A DNA stretch of 64,000 nt from Macrostomum lignano. Its lineage: Eukaryota. The notes beneath the pieces are model-generated. The model searched no databases. It was not told where the DNA came from and saw only the letters and a list, made by a program, of their open reading frames with translations. The stretch covers positions 124,001 to 188,000 of the forward strand of contig NIVC01000288.1 in NCBI GenBank assembly GCA_002269645.1. Direction: 5' to 3'. The position numbers were made by a program, and so were the translations under genes. Positions 1 through 13,400 of this stretch are shown piece after piece; the stretch's first letter is position 1, and every line of letters begins with the position of its first letter.

Positions 1-1111
1 GCTGCGCCCCCACACCCCGCTTTTGACGAATACCTCACTCCCACTCCCAGTCGCTGGGACAGCTATAAGGGGCCCACCTTCAAGACACAGATAGTGTACA
101 TGCTTGATGATTAGTAAGTGCCTGCGTACAATGTTAAATTGCTTGTATGTGCTCAGGGGTCAGTTGAATAGGCATTATTTTCGCCGAGTCTGTTTCTAAA
201 TAGAAGTCCTTGGCTCTTGCTTGACAGACAGGCAGTTGTCAGACAGCTAACACACCTGGACTAGAACGCTACAGAGTATTCCCGTCCATTTGCTTAAACA
301 TAGAAGTCTTTGACTATCTAGGCAAGTCAGAACTGCGCGAGGTTTTAGGACAAGGAAATGGAGAGATAAAGTGAAAGGATTGCCATAATGGAGGCTTCAT
401 GACTGGAGGATAGGAGAGAGGAGAGAGTGGGGTTAGACAGGGGGAAGATAGATAGGAGAGGAAATTGCCCAAAAAATATCCAGGCACGAGAGGATTCAGC
501 AGCCAGTGGGTTGAGTATAGCATTGTACATACAGGAGGGGAGAGTACTCGGTACGGTTTGGAGACGAAGGTGAGAACTCAAAGCGTTATAGAGAGTATCG
601 GTAATGCAGTAGCATTACAGATACAGAGCTGAGAGACGAAAACATTATGAAGTCAATATAATACATGTATATATATATATTATATACCGAGCTATAGGCT
701 GTTTGGGATCTAAATTGTAAAGCAACCGCGCCTAGTTCTTTCTCCGGGGAAAAAAACGCTCAGGAACTAACACAAATCCTTTCCTTATAGTACTCAATCA
801 ATCCAGCCACACACTACCACTGTGGGCAGGAAACTCTAAACGCCCCTAGAGGCAGTAGTCACCAAAGCAGCCAGACAAGGGTGGGGCATGGCAACTACAG
901 TACTACCGCACTAGCTAGGGGTAATTACTTTATCGGCGGGAGGGGGTAGCGAAAGGAATGCAATTTTGAACTTATCCACTCTGTTGGTTCGAACAGTACA
1001 TGTTATATTTTATTGTAAACATGTGAAATTTGTTTATTCGAAGTGGAAATTCTAGGTAAGTTTTAGAGAAAAATAGAGGAATTTTACAAAAAAAATCATA
1101 GAATTTCTCAC

Positions 1112-2470
<1,359 letters not shown>

Positions 2471-4896
2471 TTTTATTGAATAATAATTTATAAGGACGCT
2501 TTAACAAATAGATGACTTACTGCACATAGACGGCAGATAACTATTTAAAGGTCAAGTTACAGACCGACGCAATCACCCTAATTTCTTAGAAAATACATAA
2601 ACTTGAACGACTAGTTGTTTGTTAATCTGATTGCATATGTTCTGGATAGCGATATCCACTGAATAAAATGTAAAAAAGAATATTTAAATATATTTAGTTT
2701 TTTTATACTAAAATACTGCAAATAAATTAATCAACTGTCTCTATAGTGTAACCTTTTAAATTTTTATTTTCGTGCTCGAAAAAATAAGTTTCTTTGAAAT
2801 ACAGGTATCTAAAACTGCACTAGCTATCATTATTTTCATGATCATTAAGGAAATATAAACCTCTTAGACTTCTTAAATTTCTTTCGTTACGACTGCGATA
2901 CATGTTTCTATTTCAGTTTTATGATTCGCTTCTTACCTATGGTAGGCACTTCAGTGAGAAAATTAAATTTCAGAAATTGTTATAGGCTGCTATTTCACTA
3001 GATAGATCTTACTTTCCCATTTCCAAAATGGCCAAACTTTAGTGATTTGGTTGAGTAATAAGGAAACTACAGCTATTTTAGTAACCCCGATTTGTGCCTT
3101 TAGCCAATGGAATTTTTACATTACGGTTTGTGATCATTTTTGGCCAAAAAGTTGGCTTTTTGTCTTTGAACACTTGTAATTAATTTTCTAGCCAACCAAA
3201 ATGACTGTGCTTGGTGTCATTTTGTTCAGTTTTTTAGTGTTAATTGTATGAATTATATATTTTAATATTATTTTATATGCCCAAGTTGCTAAGCTAATTG
3301 AAACAGGATGGGTGTATGAAATTTTGACTATTTTAACCAGATACGCAATGATTGCAATTTTAAAAATACAATAGCATCTGTTCTGCTTGCTTAATTTATA
3401 CAAGGCTAGTGTCATTTTGTTCAGGTTTTTACCTACTATAATACTATTCTACTTCTTGCCCTAAATTTTTAATGCATGACAGACACCCCAACTGCAATGT
3501 AATGTGCTGTACAGGCTTTGCGCATGGGTTTATTAAAAAACGGTTTTGCCTATCGTGTTCAGCATAGCAGAATTAGTTAAATGACACAGAGAACTAGTTT
3601 GCCGGAAGGCAGAGTCTCACAAAAAACACGAAATACACGTTTCAATGGGTATTTTACATGTAAACGTATCAAAAAAAGAAACCTCCACAAAATTTTTGCG
3701 CCTATAGCTATTGGCAAGCGGTTTTTTTTACTGTGCTTGTATTGTCAATAGGTAATGAAAAATATAAAGAGAAACAATGCAGGAAAAGGATTTCATGGAA
3801 AATTTTGGATTTGAAATTTTGCATAGAGCCATATGGGCATTAAGAGAAAAAAAAAATTTTTTTTAACACCAGAAAAATGTTTCTAAATTATCCCTTTACA
3901 CTATAAAACCTTTGTTTCCATTATAAAAAACACATTGCAGCTAAGAAAAAGCATTTTCTGAACCACTGTTTTTTTATTCATTTTGGCTTCAATTTTATAT
4001 TCCTCCTAAAAAATGGTCAACTTTAAAAATAGACAGTGCAAAAAGTATAACAAAGCTAGACTTGCAGTTGGTGTCATTTGAAAGAGCTCCTTTTTACCTT
4101 TTAAATGCATATTTTACTTTCATCCTGGCTTCTATAGTTTCTTTAAAATCGCCCTTGAAAAATTGGACTTTTTTCTTACTTTTTTGCCATTGGCACGCAC
4201 TTCTTATAACTCACTGAAGTCCCTACCTATGGCTATGTTTTGGGATGAAATGTGGAATACTATATATAGTATGGTCGATATCGATCTATCCAGCATATTT
4301 CCATTTATCATTATAGATTATTCCATTTATAATTATAATTCTTTCCATTTATAATATAATTATAGATTTTAAGTCTCCAGTATAGTATTGCTTTGCATAA
4401 ATTTTTGACAATCAGTGTTTTATTTTAGCTTCTTAAGATAGGCTTAAGAAAGGAATGAAACATTCTATGTCATTTTAATGGTAATGCTCGAGAGAGGTGC
4501 TATTTTCTATTGCTACTGTTGTTACTATAGTTAAGTTCAATGATTTAAATTAAGGGAACTATATTCATGATTTTTTATGAGGATGTAGTATACTATCGAT
4601 TAAAAACCCAATAAGTAAGTCAAGTTTTTCATTTTAAGAGATTGATAACATAATATGTGACAATATTAAAACTTATAGAAAGTTTTTTCAATATTTTTTT
4701 CAAATAATGTTACTATTACCAAACAGTTTTTTAAATATTCAATAAAACAAATTTATTTACAAAAAATGTTCAAGTTAATACTTTTAGTATTTTTGTTTTA
4801 GATTATTGTATTAATCTTTTGTAATAATTATTTTTGAAATATTTAGAATTTTAATTAAAACTTTTCAAATTGAAACATTGCATGCACCCAATCAGC

Positions 4897-7800
4897 ATGT
4901 TCCGCAAGCCTCAACCAGCTGCTAGCTCTGCCCAGAGTGCCAGCTCAAAGCCTACTACTGGATCCATTGCATCTCCCCAGCAGCAACAATATAGCTGCGA
5001 ATTTGGCTCTACCAAATACTATGCCTACTGTGGTTTTGGTGGCATTGTCAGCTGCGGTCTGACCCACACTGCTGTTGTGCCACTTGACCTGGTCAAGTGC
5101 CGCATGCAGGTTGACCCTGTCAAGTATCCGGGCATTATTCCTGGCTTCAAGGTGACACTGGCTGAGGATGGCATGCGAGGCTTGGCTAAAGGTTGGGCAC
5201 CAACTTTTATTGGCTACTCGATGCAGGTAAGCATTCTGTTGGTTTCTTGTTTGGTTGTGGCGTGGAATGATTGACTTTCAGCACTGCTTTAATCTAGTAC
5301 CTAGTTGATGCAGTACTACTAAATGCAGCACCTCCTAGGTCTAGCACCCCTAGGTCTAGCACTGTAGTAACACACAGATCTAGCACTCATAGATCTAGCA
5401 CCCATAGATCTAGCACCCATAGATCTAGCACCCCTAGATCTAGAACCTATAGATCTAGCACCCATAGATCTAGCACCCATAGATCTAGCACCCCTAGATC
5501 TAGAACCTATAGATCTAGCACCCATAGATCTAGCACCCATAGATCTAGCACCCCTAGATCTAGAACCTATAGATCTAGCACCCATAGATCTAGCACCCAT
5601 AGATCTAGCACCCATAGATCTAGCACCCCTAGATCTAGAACCTATAGATCTAGCACCCATAGATCTAGCACCCATAGATCTAGCACCCATAGATCTAGCA
5701 CCCCTAGATCTAGAACCTATAGATCTAGCACCCATAGATCTAGCACCCATAGATCTAGCACCCATAGATCTAGCACCAATAGATTTAGCACCAATAGATC
5801 TAGCACTCATAGATCTAGCACCCATAGATCTAGCACCCATAGATCTAGCACCCCTAGATCTAGCACTCATAGATCTAGCACCCATAGATCCAGCACCCAT
5901 TGATCTAGCACCCATAGATCTAGCACCCACAGATCTAGCACTCATAGATCTAGCACCCATAGATCTAGCACTCATAGATCTAGCACCCATAGATCTAGCG
6001 CCCATTGGTCTAGCACCCATAGATCTAGCGCCCATTGATCTAGCACCCATAGATCTAGCACTCATAGATCTAGCACCCGTAGATCTAGCACCCATAGATC
6101 TATGCACTTATCTCTATACTTGAAATTTCCCATATTTTCCCAACCTAAATCATCTATCAATCTACATGCACACGCAACGCTATTACCAATAAATCAGGGC
6201 CTCGGGAAATTCGGATTCTACGAAATCTTCAAAAACGTGTACACCAACCTGATGGGCCCGGAGAATGCCTTCCTCTATCGAACTTCACTGTACTTGGCCG
6301 CCAGCGCCAGCGCCGAGTTCTTCGCCGACATGCTCCTGGCCCCGATGGAAGCCACCAAAGTGCGCATTCAAACCAAAGCCGGATTTGCTAACAATCTACG
6401 CGAAGCCTTCCCCAAGATGCTGGCAGCCGAAGGCGCCATGACATTCTACAAAGGCCTACCGCCTCTATGGGGCCGCCAGATTCCCTACACTATGATGAAG
6501 TTTGCCTGCTTCGAGCGCACAGTGGAAGCACTGTACAAATACGTGGTACCCAAGCCGAGAGAGCAGTGCAATAAAGCTGAACAGCTCACTGTAACATTTG
6601 TAGCTGGTTACATTGCCGGCGTGTTTTGCGCCATCGTGTCCCACCCGGCTGATACCATAGTGTCCAAGCTCAATCAGATGCCGGACGCTGGACTGGTTGG
6701 TGTGGCTAAGGCTCTCGGATGGAAAGGTGATGAGTTTCTCTGTTGTTAGCGGGCATTTTTGCGAATTCCAAGTTCGCAAATCCCATTAGAATACCGGGGC
6801 GCCAGATCCTCTAAGGGCGCCAGATCCTCTAGGTGCGCCAGATCCTCTAGGGGCGCCAGATCCTCTAAGGGTACCAGATCCTCTAAGGGCGCCAGATCCT
6901 CTAAGGGCGCCAGATCCTCTAGATGCGCCAGATCCTCTAGGGGCGCCAGATCCTCTAGAGGCGCCAGATCCTCTAGGGGCGCCAGTTCCCTTAGGGGCGC
7001 CAGATCCTCTAGATGCGCCAGATCCTCTAGGGGCGCCAGATCCTCTAGAGGCGCCAGATCCTCTAGGGGCGCCAGTTCCCTTAGGGGCGCCAGATCCTCT
7101 AGATGTGCCAGATCCTCTAAGGGCGCCAGATCCTCTAAGGGCGCCAGATCCTCTAAGGGCGCCAGATCCTCTAAGGGCGCCAGATCCTCTAAAGGCGCCA
7201 GATCCTCTAAGGGCGCCAGATCCTCTAAGGACGCCAAATCCTCCAGGGGCGCCAGACCAGATCCTTTAAGGGACGCCAGATCCTCTAAAGGTATTAGATC
7301 CTCAAAGGGCGCCAGATCCTCTAAAGGCGCCAGATCCTCTAAGCGACGCCAGATCCTCTAAGGGCGCCAGATCCTCTAAGGGCGCCAGATCCTCTAAGGG
7401 CGCCAGATCCTCTAAGGGCGCCAGATCCTCTAAGGGCGCCAGATCCTCTAGGGACGCCAGATCCTCTGGGAGCGCCAGATCCTCCAGGGACGCCAGATCC
7501 TCCAGGGGCGCCAGATCCTCTAAAGGCGCCAGATCCTCTAAGGGCGCCAGATCCTCTAAGGACGCCAAATCCTCCAGGGGCGCCAGACCAGATCCTCTAA
7601 GGGACGCCAGATCCTCTAAAGGTATTAGATCCTCAAAGGGCGCCAGATCCTCTAAGGGCGCCAGATCCTCTAAGGGCACCAGATCCTCTAAGGACGCCAG
7701 ATCCTCTAAGGGACGCCAGATCCTCTAAGGGCACCAGATCCTCTAAGGGCGCCAGATCCTCTAAGGGACGCCAGATCCTCTAAGGGCGCCAGATCCTCTA

Positions 7801-8175
7801 AGGGCACCAGATCCTCTAAGGGCGCCAGATCCTCTGGGAGCGCCAGATCGATAACTTGCCTGACGATAAGCGAGTCCGGGCCGCTGTACACCCTCTGTGA
7901 GCGTGTTTCCGTGCTCAGGGGTCGGCGTCATTAATGAGCATAGCTGCATGACTGTAATTAACCCAGCTGTCAACTCACTCCATAATCCCTTCCTCTCACC
8001 CCACACAGCCATGTGGAAGGGCCTGGGCGCTCGCATCATCATGATAGGCACCTTGACGGCTCTGCAGTGGTTCATCTACGACACTGTGAAGGTGGTACTG
8101 CAGATGCCGCGACCCCCGCCGCCAAGCATGCCGGAGAGTCTGCGTAAGAAGCTGGAAGCCAAGCAGAGCGCTTGA
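4897..8175 (+). CDS. SLC25A3: Mitochondrial phosphate carrier protein (exons 4897-5226, 6198-6726, 8009-8175)
   Basis: SCGLTHTAVVPLDLVKCRMQV, YSMQ/GLGKFGFYE, ASASAEFFADMLLAPMEATKVRIQT, GRQIPYTMMKFACFE, SHPADTIVSKLN, MWKGLGARIIMIGTLTALQWFIYD; three Px[D/E]xx[K/R] carrier motifs. An in-frame upstream ATG at 4882 is an alternative start. Confidence 0.96.
5330..6102. repeat. 15-bp minisatellite (AGATCTAGCACCCAT)n, SLC25A3 intron 1
   Basis: Direct reading; each unit junction contains the palindrome TAGATCTA. Confidence 0.95.
6796..7850. repeat. 18-bp minisatellite (GGGCGCCAGATCCTCTAA)n, SLC25A3 intron 2
   Basis: Direct reading. Confidence 0.95.
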
Positions 8176-8304
8176 ACTTTTTTATTATTGATGATAAACG
8201 AACAAAACTCACTGATGGATTGATTGAAACTTATTATTATTTTAGGATTATGATCATCAGAACATGCTATTAGTAGTATAAAAATGAACCTGTAGTTTTT
8301 TTAA

Positions 8305-8310
8305 AATAAA
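8305..8310 (+). terminator. Candidate poly(A) signal of SLC25A3
   Basis: AATAAA about 130 nt after the stop codon, in an AT-rich 3' UTR. Confidence 0.55.
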
Positions 8311-8411
8311 TGTCTTTTAGTTACATGCGCTTCGTTGTGTGCTAGCGTGCATGTTGGTCTGTCCCAGATTATACTGCGTAGAGCTTTATAGAAGTACACT
8401 GGCGACTGAAA

Positions 8412-8870
8412 GTGTGCCTGAAGGACTATAGAGGGTAGCTGAAGGTGAGTGCCTGAAGGACCATAGAGGGTAGCTGAAAGTGAGTGCCTAAAGGACCATA
8501 GAGGGTAGCTGAAGGTGAGTGCCTGAAGGACCATAGAGGGTAGCTGAAGGTGAGTGCCTGAAGGGACCATTGAGGGTAGCTGAAGGTGAGTGCCTGAAGG
8601 ACCATAGAGGGTAGCTGAAGGTGAGTGCCTGAAGGACCATAGAGGGTAGCTGAAGGTGAGTGCCTGAAGGACCATAGATGGTAGCTGAAGGTGAGTTCCT
8701 AAAGGACCATAGAAGGTATCGGAAGGTGAGTGCCTGAAGGACCATAGAAGGTATCTAAAGGTGAGTGCCTGAAGGACCATAGAGGGTAGCTGAAGGTGAG
8801 TGCCTGAAGGACCATAGAGGGTAGCTGAAGGTAAGTGCCTGAAGGACCATAGAGGGTAGTTGAAGGTGTT
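8412..8870. repeat. 35-bp minisatellite (TGCCTGAAGGACCATAGAGGGTAGCTGAAGGTGAG)n
   Basis: About a dozen units between SLC25A3 and the P450. Confidence 0.93.
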
Positions 8871-9477
8871 GCAAGAAGAACCATGGTTCCCTATGATACC
8901 ATAGAAGGTAGTTGAATGAGTTTTTAGAAAGTTACCTGATGCGAATTCATGACTCCTGTATCTTAAATCCGTTATTGAACCTATTTAACAAATCAAACTT
9001 CAGACTAACACGACAAAATAGCAAAATTTGTTTTATTAAGCAACTTATCAGAATTTTGAATAATATTTTGAATGTCAGAAAACCTCCATTCGTTTCTTAT
9101 AAACTTGCAAGAAGTATTTCGTTTTTAAGATACTTTTTATGACAAAACAGCTTTTGTTTATTTTTCATCTGCAATTTTTTTAGATTTTTTTTGATGAACA
9201 AATTGTCATTGCTTCCGTTTTCTGCCTGTGTGTGTGCGTGTCTAATAGGCTTCTAGTTAAGTTTTTAGATTGTCATTTTAGATTTAAGCTTATTGTCTAG
9301 TTAATTCGTGGTTTTTATTTTCGATTCAGAAATATACATGAAATTGACATGCAAATCAACAACTGAAGGAAAGTCTGACTTTTAGTTCTAGCGAGTTGCA
9401 AAATTCCAATCAATATGGACTTTTGTTGTTTTTCTAACTTGTTGTTATTTATTTCAACTGGTATTCGTTCAGGTTTA

Positions 9478-10420
9478 CTCTCCTGTTCACTCCCCCGTTC
9501 ACTCTCCTATTCACTCTCCCATTCACTCTCCAATTCACTCTCCCGATCACTCTTTTCCATTCACTCTCCCATTCACTCTCCCATTCACTCTCCCATTCAC
9601 TCTCCCATTCACTCTCCCATTCACTCTCCCGTTCACTCCCCCGTTTACTCTCCTATTCGCACTCCATTCACTCTCCCATTCACTCTCCCATTCACTCTCC
9701 CGTTCACTCCCCCGTTCACTCTCCCATTCACTCTCCCATTCACTCTCCCGTTCACTCCCCCGTTCACTCTCCCATTCACTCTTTTCCATTCTCTCTCCCA
9801 TTCACTCCCCCGTTCACTCTCCTATTCACTCTCCCATTCACTCTCCAATTCACTCTCCCATTCACTCTCCCATTCACTCTCCCATTCACTCTCCCGATCA
9901 CTCTCCCGATCACTCTCCCATTCACTCTTTTCCATTCACTCTCCCATTCACTCTCCCATTCACTCTCCCGATCACTCTCCCATTCACTCTTGTCCATTCA
10001 CTCTCCCATTCACTCTCCCATTCACTCTCCCATTCACTCTCCCGATCACTCTCCCATTCACTCTTTTCCATTCACTCTCCCATTCACTACTCCCATTCAC
10101 TCTTTTTCATTCACTCTCTCATTCACTCTCCCATTCACGGTCACAAATTCACTGTTCCCCATTCACTTTTGCCCATTCACTATTCCCATTCACTGTTCCC
10201 CATTCACTGTTTCCCATTCACTGTTCCCCATTAACTGTTCCCCATTCACTGTTCCCATTCACTGTTCCGCATTCACTGTTCCCCATTCACTGTTCCCATT
10301 CACTATTCCCCATTCACTGTTCCCCATTCACTATTCCCATTCACTGTTCTCCATTGACTATCCCCATTCACTGTTCCCCATTCACTATTCCCATTCACTG
10401 GTTCCCATTCATTGTTTCTC
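9478..10420. repeat. 12-14-bp minisatellite (CCATTCACTCTC)n grading into (CCATTCACTGTTCC)n
   Basis: Direct reading; ends about 50 nt before the P450 ATG. Confidence 0.93.
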
Positions 10421-10467
10421 ATTGAGCAACAGCAGTTGGTGCTACATCATCTGCATGAACAGAATAG

Positions 10468-13400
10468 ATGCTGCTGGAACTGTGCCTCAGCCTCATCTTT
10501 CTGTGGCTTCTGTGGCGCCTCACCTACGCCAGAGATCGCGGTTCAAAACCGATGCCTCACCTACCTGAAGTTCCATTCCTGGGCCACCTGCCATTTCTAG
10601 CCGTGAAGCATCTGCGCGATCCCAAACGCCGTCAGTACATGGACATGGTGACGATGCAGCACCATCCAGTCTTCAGTAACATTGTCGGTCTACAGAGATT
10701 TGTCATCATCAGCGGCTACGAGGCCATCAAGTCGGCATTCTTCGATTACGGTGACGCATTCTCCGGCCGGCCAAGGAATCCGTTCTACCTGCTGGTGTCC
10801 GGCGGCAAAGGCGTTATTCTGTCCGAGGGTAGCACCTGGAAGGAGCAGCGACGTTTTGCACTGCGGGTGCTGCGCGATCTGGGGCTGGGCAAGTCGCGAA
10901 TGGAGGAGGTGATCTCGGCCGAGGCGGAGGAACTTGTGGCTAATTTTGCTGCTCTGAATGGCCGGCCGGTCAATACTAAGGATTTGTTGTCGAAGGTTAG
11001 GGTTGTTGTTGTTTTATTGAACTGTGTTGGGCAGTTTTATGACGCTTCATTTTCTTTGGCGCCGAAAGAATTTTTGTGTTGTTAACAATTTAAAAAAATT
11101 AGCAATACTGGTAAATGCTTGCACGAGTTAATACGTTTTACTTAAAACAGAAATACTAAAAGCATGAAGGCACCAAAATACAACACAATCAACAACGGAC
11201 AATCGCAGTTAAATAACACCGTCAACAACCGTAGCAACAATAACATTATTAACAAAAAACAACAACACCAACAACAATAACAACAACAACAGCAATAGCA
11301 ACAAAAATTTAAACACCAACAAATCAAGCAACAACAACACCAGCATCTCCAACAACAACAACACCAGCATCTCCAACAACAACAACACCAGCATCTCCAA
11401 CAACAACAACAGCAGCATCTCCAACAACAACAACACCAGCATCTCCAACAACAACAACACCAGCATCTCCAACAACAACAACACCAGCATCTCCAACATC
11501 AACAACACCAGCATCTCCAACATCAACAACACCAGCATCTCCAACAACAACAACACCAGCATCTCCAACAACAACAACACCAGCATCTCCAACAACAACA
11601 ACACCAGCATCTCCAACAACAACAACAACACCAGCATCTCCAACAACAACAACACCAACATCTCCAACAACAACACCAGCATCTCCAACAACAACAACAC
11701 CAACATCTCCAACAACAACACCAGCATCTCCAACAACAACACCAGCATCTCCAACAACAACAACACCAGCATCTCCAACATCAACAACACCAACATCTCC
11801 AACAACAACAACACCAACATCTCCAACAACAACAACACCAGAATATCCAACAGCAACAACAGCAACATCTCCAACAACAAGAACAACACCAAGAACAACA
11901 CCTGCAAAAATAACGAAAACAACACCACTATTAAAAACTATATCAACAACAGTATTAACAACAACAAAAACTATAACTAAAACAACAATAAAAGCAACAA
12001 GGACAACAAAATTAACAAATAACAACAACACGAACCCGCCAGGCCGTGGCAAACGTTATCGGCGGCCTGGTGTTCAGCGAACGATCCGGCTACGAAGATC
12101 CGGACTTTAAGGCCACCATCGATCACGTGACCAACGTCACCCAGGTGGGCAGTCCGGCACAGTTTCTCACCATATTCTACCCGTTCCTGTGCCAACCATG
12201 GATTGTGAAACTGCTGCCCGGGCTCAATCGGTCGGTGATATCCAGAGACTGGCTCAGTGAGGCCTGTCAGGCTCGCGTCAATCGAATCAGACAGAAATTT
12301 AACGAAGAATTCGGAGAAGACATTGTCGACAATGCATCGGCTGCTGAGCCGGTCAACTTTGTTGAGGCCTATCTGAGGGAGCAGCGGCGCCGGCTGGCTG
12401 CGGGAGAGTCCACGCTGGGATCCTTTGATGACGAGCAGCTGGTGCAGGTGCGATGGCGCTGGAGGTCTGAGGGGAGGGGCAGCAGGCACTGAAGGATCTG
12501 AGGGGAGGGGCAGCAGGCACTGAAGGAGCTGAGGGGAGGGGCAGCAGGCACTGAAGTATCTGAGGGGAGGGGCAGCAGGCACTGAAGGATCTGAGGGGAG
12601 GGGCAGCAGGCACTGAAGGATCTGAGGGGAGGGGCAGCAGGCACTGAAGGATCTGAGGGGAGGGGCAGCAGGCACTGAAGGGTCTGAGGGGAGGGGCAGC
12701 AGGCACTGATGGATCTGAGGGGAGGGACAGCAGGCACTGAAGGATCTGAGGGGAGGGGCAGCAGCCACTGAAGGATCTGAGGGGAGGGGCAGCAGGCACT
12801 GATGGATCTGAGTTGAGTGGTCAGTAAAGCATGGAGATCGCACTCTCAAACCCAACAGACGGTGCTGGACTTGTACATCGCTGGGTCGGACACAACGACC
12901 TCCACTCTTGGCTGGCTGCTGCTGTACAGCGCTCTGCACCCGGACGAGCAGCGCCAGTGCCAGGCCGAGCTGGCCACCGAGCTAAGTGAGGCTCCCGTCA
13001 GACTGGATGATCGCCGACGTTTGCACCGAGTGCTGGCGTTCATCGACGAAGGCATGCGAATGAGCAGCATTTTGGTGCACAATGTTGATAGGCAAGTTGC
13101 TTTATTGAACATCTGTGCGGTTTTTCTCATTCAAGTGCGCAACTAGTGCTACTTATAGTAAGCAGATAAGCTGTAGTGGCTTGTACCTGATTTTTATATT
13201 AATATCCTCTGACACTTTCTTAGTGTCTCCTGGCACCTTTTTGTGACCCCCTTGACCCCCTTGACACCTACTTTAGTCCCCTGACACCTGTTTTAGTGAC
13301 CCCCCTTTGACACCTATTTAGTGACCCCATCTGACACCTATTTTAGTGATCTCTTGACACCTATTTTAGTGACCTCTTGACGCCTATTTTAGTGACCCCC

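Noticed and set aside
1-600. Non-repetitive, moderately GC-rich segment in the ERK intron with short ORFs and a GGGGTGTGGGGGCGCAGC end
   Set aside because: It may be a retroelement fragment, but no recognisable domain can be read; it needs a Dfam or BLAST search.
4877-4884. ATTGCATG resembling the 3' end of a flatworm spliced leader
   Set aside because: Only an 8-nt match, with no SL stem-loop, donor site or Sm site.
5319-7891. Long ORFs such as (ARSMG)n, (PLEDLA)n and (ARSSKG)n
   Set aside because: Translations of intronic 15- and 18-bp arrays; unit lengths are multiples of 3, so open frames are expected.
11209-12052. Leu/Val-rich and DAGVVVVG ORFs on the minus strand
   Set aside because: Antisense translation of the AAC-rich P450 intron.
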